Origin: Bacillota bacterium
GTDB taxonomy: Bacteria; Bacillota; Clostridia; UBA1381; UMGS1253
DNA: 64,000 bases
NCBI GenBank assembly: GCA_022706785.1
Contig: JAKJBW010000001.1
Span: 12,373-76,372 of the forward strand
Direction: 5' to 3'
Shown: in pieces, positions 16,851 to 25,638 of the stretch
Position numbering within the stretch: position 1 is the first letter of the stretch
Layout: each line of letters begins with the position of its first letter
Position numbers and translations under genes: made by a program
The notes under the pieces: generated by a model
The model's database searches: none
Told to the model about the DNA's origin: nothing
Seen by the model: the letters and a program-made list of their open reading frames with translations, nothing else

Positions 16851-17779
16851 TATATATTTCCTCCCAATATCCTCAAATACTGTTCCAGTCGCTCGTCGAC
16901 ATATCCGGAAATCAATTTTATCATCTCTCCGGCGTTGCCGTCGCAATAGTAGGCGTCGAATGCGTCGTAATACTTTTTTCTGTCGGTGAATTTTATGTTA
17001 ATCGCCGGGTATCCGTTTCGGAGCAAATCGAGGTTCAATATAAGCCGTCCGGTTCTGCCGTTGCCGTCCACAAAGGGATGAATACCCTCAAAGTCTAAAT
17101 GAAATCTTGCGATGCGCTCAATTGGGCGCATTGTTTTTTTATTTTGCTCGTTTTTTCGAATCAACTCGTTCATTTGCGGTTCAACCAAATACGGCTGTGG
17201 TGGTTCATGCACAGCACCCATAATTTTTACCGGAATGCGGCGGTAAACACCTTTGTCATCAGGTCTGTCCATCAAAACAAGAGAATGAATTTGTTTTATT
17301 TCATACTCTGTAATGGACTTGCCATCTGAAACAAGGCTTTGTATATATAAAAAGGCATCTTTATGACCGACGGCTTCTAAGTGTTCTTTTAAAGGCTTCT
17401 GGTCAATGGTTACACCCTCTAAAACCAATGCCGTTTCTTGTAAAGTCAGGGTGTTTCCCTCAATCGCATTAGAGTTATAAGTAAACTCCACAAGAAATTC
17501 ATCCTGCAACCGCTGAAGTTCACCTTTTGTGAAAGGACGGCGTTTGTGGAGCTCCGCTTTTTTTGCATCTATATTTAAAAACAGCATAGCAAAAGCGCCC
17601 GAAAGGTCTTTGCCTCTGAGCGTTCTGCCGTCAATCGGCTTCGGAGCATTTTCCGGAATCATATACAGCTTACCTTTTTTTATTATGCCGGATATTTTGT
17701 TTTCAGCACATAAAATGCGGACTCTTCGCGGTGAAAGCCCCCATTTTTCAGCAGCCTGCGATACTTTTATATAGTCCAT
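16850..17779 (-). CDS. Fic/DOC family protein with an N-terminal HTH
   Basis: Canonical Fic motif HPFVDGNGRTGR. N-terminal excisionase/MerR-like HTH (YIKVSQAAEKWGLSPRRVR). GGAGG lies 6 nt before the ATG at 17779. Confidence 0.85.
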   Translation of the reverse strand: MDYIKVSQAAEKWGLSPRRVRILCAENKISGIIKKGKLYMIPENAPKPIDGRTLRGKDLSGAFAMLFLNIDAKKAELHKRRPFTKGELQRLQDEFLVEFTYNSNAIEGNTLTLQETALVLEGVTIDQKPLKEHLEAVGHKDAFLYIQSLVSDGKSITEYEIKQIHSLVLMDRPDDKGVYRRIPVKIMGAVHEPPQPYLVEPQMNELIRKNEQNKKTMRPIERIARFHLDFEGIHPFVDGNGRTGRLILNLDLLRNGYPAINIKFTDRKKYYDAFDAYYCDGNAGEMIKLISGYVDERLEQYLRILGGNI

Positions 17780-18046
17780 TCTGAACCTCCGCATATAGAC
17801 GCAAATTAATATAATTTATTATACGCCATTTCGGGAATAATATCAAGTGATTTCTTCAAGTTTATTTAAAATATATCCAAATATTATTCCCCAAAAAACT
17901 TTAATATCCCTTTTTCTCTCGTTTATATCTTTTCATTTGACGAAAAATATGATAAAATAAACAATACAAACGGGAACAGTTTAATACAAACAATGTCGTT
18001 TATAAATAGAATAGTATTAAAACAACTGAGAAAGGAGGCAAACCGA

Positions 18047-18925
18047 ATGCCAATATTAATAAAAAGACCGACTGGAGAAACCACGCCGCTCGTAAACGGT
18101 GAATATTTATCCGCATATTATTTCTTCCCGAAAGATTTGTTGATTAGGTGCGGTCACGAAATCGCTTCAATTTCACGAGTCCCCGGTCGGGCTGTTCATG
18201 AAAAACAATCAAGAGAAGTTATTGAAAGTGATCTTTTTCTTTTGTTAATGATAGACGGTTTTTCGCATCTAACTTGGCCATATATGGGTATAAAAGGGAA
18301 GAAAGAAATTTATTCCGGATACGATCCCGCATGGCGGCTTTCTCATTCGCCGTCGTTTTGGGTTCAGGAATTACTTGACAGAAAGATTATTCCCGATCCG
18401 GTCACGCTACTAAAACTGCCATGGGAAGACGGGGTTTCTTATATGTCTTGGGAAAGAGTATCGGATATAATGAGCCGTCTTGTCCCTAAAGTAATGGAAA
18501 AACACAATATGTACGGAATAATCGCAACCGCCAAAGAATTTCGCTGTTTTGAAGATTTTGACACACGTGACAGCAATCAAAAAAGAGATTTTATGAGGAA
18601 ATGGTATCACACTCGCACCCGACACCCTATCGTTTCTATCGAGGAAGCACAAACAAATGAGTCCGATGAATTTATATCCTACGACTTTCACGATGAACGT
18701 CAAGATTTTGAAGACGAAGTATGTGGGAAGATGCTTATTGAGCACTTTGAATTTAAAATATCGGAAAAAGATTTTGATATTTTAACCATGAGAATGAATG
18801 GAAAGACATATGAGGAAATAGCGAAGAAGTTGGGATATAAAAATCATAGCGGTATTATAAAACGCATTAAACGGATTGCCGAGGCTTATCTCGATTTTTG
18901 TGAGGACAATAAAATAGATTATTAA
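18047..18925 (+). CDS. Protein with a C-terminal sigma-70 region-4/LuxR-like HTH; probable mobile-element regulator
   Basis: C-terminus LTMRMNGKTYEEIAKKLGYKNHSGIIKRIKRI. The N-terminal ~230 aa are unassigned. AAAGGAGG precedes the ATG at 18047. Confidence 0.55.
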   Translation: MPILIKRPTGETTPLVNGEYLSAYYFFPKDLLIRCGHEIASISRVPGRAVHEKQSREVIESDLFLLLMIDGFSHLTWPYMGIKGKKEIYSGYDPAWRLSHSPSFWVQELLDRKIIPDPVTLLKLPWEDGVSYMSWERVSDIMSRLVPKVMEKHNMYGIIATAKEFRCFEDFDTRDSNQKRDFMRKWYHTRTRHPIVSIEEAQTNESDEFISYDFHDERQDFEDEVCGKMLIEHFEFKISEKDFDILTMRMNGKTYEEIAKKLGYKNHSGIIKRIKRIAEAYLDFCEDNKIDY

Positions 18926-18950
18926 CCCGCAAGTTTTTCGCTTGCGGGTT
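18924..18950 (+). terminator. Terminator hairpin
   Basis: AACCCGCAAG-7nt-CTTGCGGGTT overlapping the stop codon. Confidence 0.6.
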
Positions 18951-19049
18951 AACTTTTAGATTGAAAAGTTACTTGTAAAATATTATCCGCACATTTGCAG
19001 TTTTTATCGTCTACCAATACAATGATAAACGAAAGGAGCGTGAATACGC

Positions 19050-19436
19050 ATGAATGAATTGCAAAAACACTATACAAACGAGCAAACCGGAATTTCTTAT
19101 GTCTTGGTTGGTGATTATTATTTACCCAATCTTGTCATGTCAAACGAACCGAATTACAAAATTGGGAAGTTCGGGCTTATGAGGCGAAGTTATTTGAAAA
19201 ATCATCGCAAAGGACTGTTTATGAATCTGCTCACCAGCGGAAAACTAAATGAACACCTTTATGGAATCGACCAGACATCACACGAGCGTTTTGAACTTAT
19301 CTGCCAGCAAATGGCGGTAACAGAGGGTGTGACGGAACAACTTAAATCAGAAAAGCAGATGTTGTGGGTTCAAAAAATGCTGAACATCCACAACCGTGCT
19401 CTGGAGATAATTTGTGAGGAGTTGATTTATATATGA
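19050..19436 (+). CDS. TnpV-like transposon-associated protein
   Basis: 128 aa. The pattern GKFGLMRRSYLKNHRKGLFMNLLTSGKLNEHL..EGVTEQLK is recalled from TnpV of clostridial mobilisable transposons. Confidence 0.6.
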   Translation: MNELQKHYTNEQTGISYVLVGDYYLPNLVMSNEPNYKIGKFGLMRRSYLKNHRKGLFMNLLTSGKLNEHLYGIDQTSHERFELICQQMAVTEGVTEQLKSEKQMLWVQKMLNIHNRALEIICEELIYI

Positions 19437-19582
19437 AGATAAAACCTTGCAAAATAAGTATTGACGAGTATGAACGAGGGGCAATTATTAATGCGCTGAT
19501 GGAGCTACGGAATAAATACATATCCGAAGAAAAGCCCATTGATTTTTTAAACGAAGTCATTCTCAAGCTTTGCGGAGAATGA
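19433..19582 (+). CDS. Small 49-aa ORF translationally coupled to the TnpV-like gene
   Basis: ATGA overlap with the upstream stop. Encodes MKIKPCKISIDEYERGAIINALMELRNKY... Below the ORF-track cutoff. Confidence 0.4.
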   Translation: MKIKPCKISIDEYERGAIINALMELRNKYISEEKPIDFLNEVILKLCGE

Positions 19583-19672
19583 TAAAAATTACATAGCACA
19601 AAAGAAATCTACAGGCCGCTTTTAAAAGGAAGGCGGTCTTTTTTTGCGCGCAAAATAAAGGAGATATTCATT

Positions 19673-20071
19673 ATGAACAAATTTAAAGTCACAACAGCAA
19701 TCACTAATGGAATCGTTAAGGAAGCAATTGAGTATGACGGCAGAACTTTTGTAAAACCGTGGTTTACCGGGCAAGCCATTGGTTGGGTACGAGAACGGTT
19801 TGGAGATTGGAAAAATCGTTGCATTCATATACTGCTCATTACGCCGGAAGACTGGAATCTATGGTATACGCTAAAATTTTCAGAAGCTGATCGTTTAGGG
19901 ATTGGAAGCCCGGATATCGGCGCACCTCTGTGTTTTTTAACTTTTGAAAAGCGATGGCACAAACCCGAGAACCTATCGTATAAGATTGCGGAAGGCTGCT
20001 ATTGTGACGAGTATTTGGCTAAGTTTGATCCGCCGGATTTTATGAAAGAAAAAGACTGTCTTATACCTTAA
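19673..20071 (+). CDS. Hypothetical protein (132 aa)
   Basis: Good SD (AAAGGAG) before the ATG. No recognisable motif. Confidence 0.5.
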   Translation: MNKFKVTTAITNGIVKEAIEYDGRTFVKPWFTGQAIGWVRERFGDWKNRCIHILLITPEDWNLWYTLKFSEADRLGIGSPDIGAPLCFLTFEKRWHKPENLSYKIAEGCYCDEYLAKFDPPDFMKEKDCLIP

Positions 20072-20078
20072 CAAGCAG

Positions 20079-20143
20079 GGAACTTGTGTGGCAAGTTCCA
20101 ATCAGCCTGATTTCGGGCTATATCTTTAGGGGCTATCGCCCCT
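20079..20143 (+). other. Candidate oriT of IME-2
   Basis: Two hairpins directly upstream of mobC-relaxase: GGAACTTG-5nt-CAAGTTCC (20079-20099) and AGGGGC-4nt-GCCCCT (20128-20143). Confidence 0.45.
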
Positions 20144-20171
20144 AATACCCCATAATGACAAGGAGGTCAAT

Positions 20172-20525
20172 ATGCAAAAAGAACTACGAATTGAGGCTCG
20201 TGTAACACCCGAGCAAAAAAAGAAGATTGAACAGATTGCAAAAAAATGCGACTTGCCAATATCAGAATATATTCGTCAAAGAGCACTCGGATATTTACCA
20301 AGAACAGTACTGCCAGACGCTTTTTATTTGTTTTACACAAAGCTGTGCGAACTGTGCAATTCCATTGACGGTAAGGTAGATGCAAAAACAGAAGAAAAGA
20401 TTTTGAAACTGATTGATGATATCGGATCAGCGCTTTTCCTTCCTGAAAAAGAAACTGTTGCGCAGGTAAAGGAAGGATGTGCAAAATGGCAACCACAGGA
20501 TTCTGGCCAGTCAAAGGAAAGCTGA
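20172..20525 (+). CDS. mobC: MobC-type relaxosome accessory protein (RHH)
   Basis: RVTPEQKKKIEQIAKKCDLPISEYIRQRALG is a typical MobC N-terminus. It overlaps the relaxase start. Confidence 0.75.
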   Translation: MQKELRIEARVTPEQKKKIEQIAKKCDLPISEYIRQRALGYLPRTVLPDAFYLFYTKLCELCNSIDGKVDAKTEEKILKLIDDIGSALFLPEKETVAQVKEGCAKWQPQDSGQSKES

Positions 20526-21883
20526 AGGATGTAATTGAATATGCCCAAAATCCGGACAAAACCACCGACCCAAAATATTTGGATGACGATTTGTGCAAGG
20601 CACTTCATTATGTCGGCAATGATGAAAAAACAGACAAAGCCATGTATGTTGATTCTATCAACTGCCCGAAAAAAAGGGCATACGAGCAGATGATGACGAC
20701 AAAACGGCGGTTCGGCAAAACAGGCGGTAATGTTGCTTATCACGGGTTCCAGAGTTTTCGTTCCGGCGAAGTTACACCCAAAGAAGCACACGCCATCGGC
20801 ATGGAAACCGCCCGGCGAATGTGGGGCGATGAATATGAAATCGTTGTCACTACGCATCTTAACACTGATAATCTACACAATCACATGGTTGTAAATTCTG
20901 TTTCTTTTAAAACCGGACAAAAGTTTGAAAACCATATTTCGGATCATTATCGACTGCGCGAAATATCTGATGCCGTTTGCATGGAGATGGGTAAATCCGT
21001 TTTAAAAGATGCTCCGTTCTACGGCGGTGAAAAAGGTGCTTACTGGATTCATAAAAACGGAGGACTGACACACAGAGATATTTTGAAGCAGGATATAGAA
21101 ACCGTTTTGCAATATTCAAGGAAACCTGAAGATTTTGAGCGGAGGCTAAAAGCGCTTGGCTATCAATTTAGCCGTGGTGGTGATAGGTACAAGCATCTTT
21201 CGGTAAAGGCTCCTGATTGGAAAAGGCCAATTCGCCTGGACAGTCTGGGATATGCCAGGGAAGTCATCAATGCTCGCTTTGAAAAGCATCGTGAAAATAT
21301 TCACTTTTTCATAGTGCAAAACAATAATCCTGTATATAGACCAAAGCGGTATCCGCTACTTGAATTGGAAAAACGATTGAATTGGGAAATTGAGCATTTT
21401 AACGATAAGGCAGTCGTTTTAGTAGATGTCATCTTTTATATCATTCTACAACTGTTACTACTAATCAAAGAACGCAATGCTTTTGAGGAACGCTGCCAGC
21501 CGTTATCGCCATCTATTAGATTGGAAATTACAAAACTACATCAGATACAAAAGGAATATTTGCTTCTCACCGATGAAAACATCCATTCGGCGGAGGAGCT
21601 TTTTTCGTTTGTGGACAATATTTCCGGCGAGATAAAAGGCATGGAGACAGAGAGGCAAGGTTATCGTAATCTACTGCGTCGTCCGAAGTCACCAGAGGTT
21701 GAGGCTGATTTGAAACAGAAATGCAAGGACTTATCTGAAAAGATAAAGCCGCTTCGTGATAAACTCCGCACCGCCAAAAGCATAGTGGAGCGATACCCGA
21801 AATTACAACAATGGTTAAAAGCCGAGCATCAAATGGAAAAAGATGCTCTAAACAAAGAAAGAGAGCGAGGTCATACACGATGA
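20486..21883 (+). CDS. Relaxase / mobilisation nuclease
   Basis: TKRRFGKTGGNVAYHGFQSF and TTHLNTDNLHNHMVVNSVSF. Paralogue of the gene at 1-1286. Confidence 0.9.
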   Translation: MATTGFWPVKGKLKDVIEYAQNPDKTTDPKYLDDDLCKALHYVGNDEKTDKAMYVDSINCPKKRAYEQMMTTKRRFGKTGGNVAYHGFQSFRSGEVTPKEAHAIGMETARRMWGDEYEIVVTTHLNTDNLHNHMVVNSVSFKTGQKFENHISDHYRLREISDAVCMEMGKSVLKDAPFYGGEKGAYWIHKNGGLTHRDILKQDIETVLQYSRKPEDFERRLKALGYQFSRGGDRYKHLSVKAPDWKRPIRLDSLGYAREVINARFEKHRENIHFFIVQNNNPVYRPKRYPLLELEKRLNWEIEHFNDKAVVLVDVIFYIILQLLLLIKERNAFEERCQPLSPSIRLEITKLHQIQKEYLLLTDENIHSAEELFSFVDNISGEIKGMETERQGYRNLLRRPKSPEVEADLKQKCKDLSEKIKPLRDKLRTAKSIVERYPKLQQWLKAEHQMEKDALNKERERGHTR

Positions 21884-22815
21884 CAGAAAACACAATTAAA
21901 ACTACGTCCACCGATATTTCGGATTTTTCATTATCTAAAAATATGGAGGACAACACAATGCAAAACGAGCAAATTAAAAATTTATCGCTGTTAAAATTGG
22001 CAGCGTTCGAAAATCATCCATTCCGGGTGACGCAGGACGCAGACTTTCAAAAATTGGTTGACAGCATTAAAGGAAATGGCGTTTTGATTCCTGCTATCGC
22101 CCGACCAAAAGGTGACGGCTATGAATTGATTGCCGGACACCGCCGTAAATTCGCTTGTCAGATTATCGGCATAGAAGAAATGCCGGTACTTGTTCGCGAG
22201 CTAACCGATGAGCAGGCGATTATAGCAATGGTAGATAGCAATGTTCAGCGCGAAAATATTCTACCAAGCGAGAAAGCCTTTGCATATAAGATGAAGTTAG
22301 AGGCGGTAAAACGCCTCCCCGGCCGCCCGAGAAATAATTCGTCCCAAGTTGGGACAAATTTTAGGGCTGATGTTTTAGTTGCCGAAAACACAGGAGAAAG
22401 TCGCAATCAAATCCAACGATATATCCGCCTAACGGAACTAATTCCACAATTGCTCCAAATGGTTGATGACAAGAAAATCGCATTTAACCCAGCGGTCGAA
22501 TTATCATACCTGTCTAAAGAACAACAGAAAATGCTATTGTCAGCAATGGATGCCGAACAGTCAAGCCCGTCACTTTCGCAGGCACAGAAATTAAAGGTAT
22601 TAAGTGGTCAAGAAAAGCTGGACGAGGACGCTATAATGGAGGTCATGTGTGAGCCGAAAGCCAATCAAAAGGAACAGGTGCGAATCCCATATGAAAAAGT
22701 TAAGTCAATTTTGAAAAAAGATATGCAGCCCAAGGAGTTAGAGGATTTTATCTTAAAAGCTGTAACAAGATACCAGGCGTATCTCAACAAACAAAAAACG
22801 GAACAAACACGATGA
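21880..22815 (+). CDS. ParB/Spo0J-like nuclease-domain protein
   Basis: ParB N-terminal box LIAGHRRKFA. ATGA overlap with the relaxase stop. An alternative start lies at 21943. Confidence 0.8.
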   Translation: MTENTIKTTSTDISDFSLSKNMEDNTMQNEQIKNLSLLKLAAFENHPFRVTQDADFQKLVDSIKGNGVLIPAIARPKGDGYELIAGHRRKFACQIIGIEEMPVLVRELTDEQAIIAMVDSNVQRENILPSEKAFAYKMKLEAVKRLPGRPRNNSSQVGTNFRADVLVAENTGESRNQIQRYIRLTELIPQLLQMVDDKKIAFNPAVELSYLSKEQQKMLLSAMDAEQSSPSLSQAQKLKVLSGQEKLDEDAIMEVMCEPKANQKEQVRIPYEKVKSILKKDMQPKELEDFILKAVTRYQAYLNKQKTEQTR

Positions 22816-22862
22816 TCATCCATTTATATGGATGATTTTTTGTTTTATGGAGGAATTTTATT

Positions 22863-23045
22863 ATGAATAACATCGAAACAAATAAACGTACTTACACGGT
22901 TATAGAAATTGCAAAGATACTCGGCATTGGCAAAAACAAGGCTTACACATTAATCAAGGACGCGAATTTCAAGGTAGTAAAAATCGGTAACAGTATTCGC
23001 ATTTCCAAGAAGTCATTTGATGATTGGTTGGACAACTCCATGTGA
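22863..23045 (+). CDS. xis: Excisionase-family HTH protein
   Basis: 60 aa. YTVIEIAKILGIGKNKAYTLIKD..IRISKKSFDDWL. Lies immediately upstream of the integrase. Confidence 0.75.
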   Translation: MNNIETNKRTYTVIEIAKILGIGKNKAYTLIKDANFKVVKIGNSIRISKKSFDDWLDNSM

Positions 23046-23127
23046 GTTGTCCAATCCGCACATTTGCGGAAACGAACGAAGAATTATAAACTGTTCTTAG
23101 CAAAATTTATAGAGGAGGATTGCTAAA

Positions 23128-24498
23128 ATGGCAACCATTATTAAACGCAAAAAATCATATTCTGTAGTTTATAACTACGAGGACGAGCAAGGCGAATCCC
23201 GGCAAAAATGGGAAACGTGGCATACTCATAAGGATGCACTTAAACGCAAGGCGGAGATTGAAAATCAACAGTTTAACGGCACTTTTATACCGCCTAAAAA
23301 CCAAACCGTAGCGGAGTTTTTATATGACTTTGTTAGTCTTTACGGTGAGAAAAACTGGGGTGTTTCGACATATGATGGCAATACCGGACTAATTGCAAAC
23401 TACATTAATCCACTGATTGGCGATGTGCAGATTCAGGATATAACGCCTCATTTTGCTGATAAGTTTTATAAACGCCTGCAAAAAACACCCGCAGTCGCAA
23501 CAAAGCATAGAAAAGCTGCAACGCAGTATATCGCGCAAGGCGCAACCGAAAAGGTTATTAAATTATTGCGGTGCGCTTTCCGGCAAGCTGTGAAGTGGGA
23601 GCTGATTGGTAAAAATCCGTTTGAATTTGTTGATTTGCCCAAACGAAAATACCCTAAAAGCGAAATATGGAATGCTGAAATGATTAAAACGGCTCTTGAT
23701 AACTGCGAAGATACGAAGCTATATATTGCTCTCAACTTAGCCTTTGCCTGCTCACTTCGTATGGGAGAGGTTTTGGGGCTCACTTGGGATAACGTCCATA
23801 TCAGCGACAATGATCTTGCTAATGATGATGCTCATATTTATATTGACAAGGAACTGGAACGTACATCAAAACGCGCGATAGAAGCACTTGATAAAAAGGA
23901 TATATATTTTATTTTCCCATCGCTGTTAAGTAATACGAGTACACGGATCGTGTTGAAAAAGCCAAAAACCGAAAGCAGTATCAGAAAGGTTTGGTTACCA
24001 AAAACTGTGGCATATATTCTTAGAAAACATAAGGAAGCACAGGATGAATTAAAAGACTTTCTTGGTGATGAATATCTTGACTATAATCTTGTTGTAGCAC
24101 ATATAAACGGTAGACCGTGTGAGGGTAGGATTATTCTTAAGGAGCTACATGCACTGCGGGAGAAAACAGGCTTGCCGGAAGTGGTGTTCCATTCGCTCAG
24201 ACATTCCAGTACCACATATAAGTTGAAGCTCAATCATGGAGATTTAAAGGCAACGCAGGGTGATACGGGTCATGCTGAAATTGATATGATCACCAAGGTA
24301 TATGCGCACATTCTAGACGAGGACAGAAAAATCAACGCACAGAAATTTGAAGCGGCATTTTATTCTAATCCCGATTTGCGAAATGTGAAACCGCCGGAAG
24401 AGAAGCAACAGGTGGATTTGGCTGTACTGATAGAGCAGTTAAAAAGCTCGCCGGAATTAGCGCAAACACTGGCGGCAATCATTCAGAATCAAAAATAG
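23128..24498 (+). CDS. Tyrosine recombinase / integrase (int2)
   Basis: 456 aa. VVFHSLRHSSTTYKL..GHAEIDMITKVYAHI. Collinear with int1. Confidence 0.9.
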   Translation: MATIIKRKKSYSVVYNYEDEQGESRQKWETWHTHKDALKRKAEIENQQFNGTFIPPKNQTVAEFLYDFVSLYGEKNWGVSTYDGNTGLIANYINPLIGDVQIQDITPHFADKFYKRLQKTPAVATKHRKAATQYIAQGATEKVIKLLRCAFRQAVKWELIGKNPFEFVDLPKRKYPKSEIWNAEMIKTALDNCEDTKLYIALNLAFACSLRMGEVLGLTWDNVHISDNDLANDDAHIYIDKELERTSKRAIEALDKKDIYFIFPSLLSNTSTRIVLKKPKTESSIRKVWLPKTVAYILRKHKEAQDELKDFLGDEYLDYNLVVAHINGRPCEGRIILKELHALREKTGLPEVVFHSLRHSSTTYKLKLNHGDLKATQGDTGHAEIDMITKVYAHILDEDRKINAQKFEAAFYSNPDLRNVKPPEEKQQVDLAVLIEQLKSSPELAQTLAAIIQNQK

Positions 24499-24507
24499 TG
24501 AAAAAAA

Positions 24508-24538
24508 CATGGAGCTTTCCCAAACGGAAAGTTCCATG
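24508..24538 (+). terminator. Hairpin after int2
   Basis: CATGGAGCTTTCC-5nt-GGAAAGTTCCATG. No clear T-run. Confidence 0.5.
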
Positions 24539-24650
24539 CTGCTTATATTGTAGATATTGATATAATGTACAAATGTAGAAAATATTGTTACTTACGAAAC
24601 AAGATAAATTTATATGTTATAAAAGAAAATGTTTATTAGTAGGTGTTTGT

Positions 24651-25076
24651 TTAATCGTCATTAGGTAAATACCAGCCATGTTCACGGTGTCTTGGTTGTG
24701 CATCAGGGTGTTCATTTTCGTATTTAGTATTAGCACGGTCAATCATTTCACCATCAAATGTGTGTAATACGTCATACAGTCTGCTTGCCTCGTCAATATC
24801 AATATTGCTACCGTCTATATACCTTAATCTGACTTTCTCACGTTCCGATTCCAATTCATCGTCTGTTGCATTTTTAAACCATTTTTTTGTGAATTTCATT
24901 GAGTTGTCATAATTACTATCTATTGAGCTATCGTCACCATCATCATAACCACTATCTTTTGATGATAAAATAGCACCCACTACTACTAAACCTCCTAAGG
25001 CTAACAATCCTTTCCAGTTGTTACGAACAAATTTCGCAGTTTGATTTAATTTTTCCTTTAATTTATTTTTGACCAT
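24651..25076 (-). CDS. Hypothetical single-pass membrane protein (141 aa)
   Basis: N-terminal TM segment WKGLLALGGLVVVGAIL followed by an acidic Asp/Ser-rich linker. No family recognised. Confidence 0.5.
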   Translation of the reverse strand: MVKNKLKEKLNQTAKFVRNNWKGLLALGGLVVVGAILSSKDSGYDDGDDSSIDSNYDNSMKFTKKWFKNATDDELESEREKVRLRYIDGSNIDIDEASRLYDVLHTFDGEMIDRANTKYENEHPDAQPRHREHGWYLPNDD

Positions 25077-25238
25077 AATGGTTATCTACCTCCACTAATA
25101 TAAATTAAACAGCACACATCAACGCTAACTCAGCAGGATGCTTAATAAGATTACTTTACGGTAAGTATAATATTAACCACATATATTTTCAATTAAATTT
25201 TTCGTTAAGTTAAGTGGCAAAAATTCAGAAATCGAACC

Positions 25239-25408
25239 TTGCTAATTTAAAGAATATTGCGGCTCTTAGCAAAACGCCTTTTTTCTTAGCAACCTTTCTA
25301 GATTTCGTTCGATTCTTCTTAGCAAATATTCCATTTTCATACATCGATATTCATTAAATAAATTAACATTTTCTTAGCTTGCTAAGAATTTTCAATCATT
25401 ATTAGCAA
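25239..25408. repeat. TTAGCAA heptamer array; candidate arm-type sites of IME-2
   Basis: Direct copies at 25266, 25286, 25319 and 25402. Inverted TTGCTAA at 25239. Palindrome CTTAGCTTGCTAAG at 25373-25386. Confidence 0.6.
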
Positions 25409-25423
25409 ATTGCCAAAATATAC

Positions 25424-25457
25424 AAAAACGCTGAAACCATTGAGTTTACAGCGTTTT
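25424..25457 (-). terminator. tRNA terminator hairpin
   Basis: AAAACGCTG-15nt-CAGCGTTTT just downstream of the tRNA CCA end (minus strand). Confidence 0.6.
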
Positions 25458-25459
25458 AT

Positions 25460-25534
25460 TGGCAGCCTCAACAGGACTCGAACCTGTATCTAACCCTTAG
25501 GAGGGGCTTGTACTATCCCTTGTACTATGAGGCC
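25460..25534 (-). tRNA. tRNA-Arg(CCT), intact
   Basis: GGCCTCA-TA-GTAC-AAGGGATA-GTAC-A-AGCCC-CTCCTAA-GGGTT-AGAT-ACAGG-TTCGAGT-CCTGT-TGAGGCT-G-CCA. All arms pair, with a G1-U72 wobble. Confidence 0.85.
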
Positions 25535-25566
25535 GTATTTACTTTTTGTGTGATTTTATGCAGTTT

Positions 25567-25626
25567 TGGTGCCGGTTCCATCTACCCCTTAGGAGGGGTC
25601 TGTAATATCCATTTTACTACGAGGGC
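25567..25626 (-). pseudogene. Disrupted tRNA-Arg(CCT): normal 5' half fused to a T-arm-less stub
   Basis: 5' half GCCCTCG-TA-GTAA-AATGGATA-TTAC-A-GACCC-CTCCTAA, followed by GGGGT-AGAT-GGAACCGGCACCA. There is no T-arm and the acceptor cannot pair. Confidence 0.8.
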
Positions 25627-25638
25627 ATATTCAATTTT

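Larger units (their letters stand above)
3371..25585. mobile_element. IME-2: ~22 kb integrative mobilisable element with defence cargo, inserted in the anticodon loop of a tRNA-Arg(CCT)
   Basis: Bounded by the core CCCTTAGGAG at 3361-3370 and 25586-25595. TTAGCAA motifs lie on both arms. It contains oriT, mobC, relaxase, parB, xis and int plus cargo, and is AT-richer than the right flank. Confidence 0.7.

Noticed and set aside
16851-16946. 32-codon N-terminal extension of hsdM in the ORF track
   Set aside because: The extension (MRRQRRRDDKIDF..) overlaps the fic 3' end. The conserved HsdM N-terminus starts at MAVAKAK, with a TAATG coupling to fic.
20333-20857. 174-aa minus-strand ORF
   Set aside because: It is antisense to the mobC end and relaxase start, both of which have strong family motifs.
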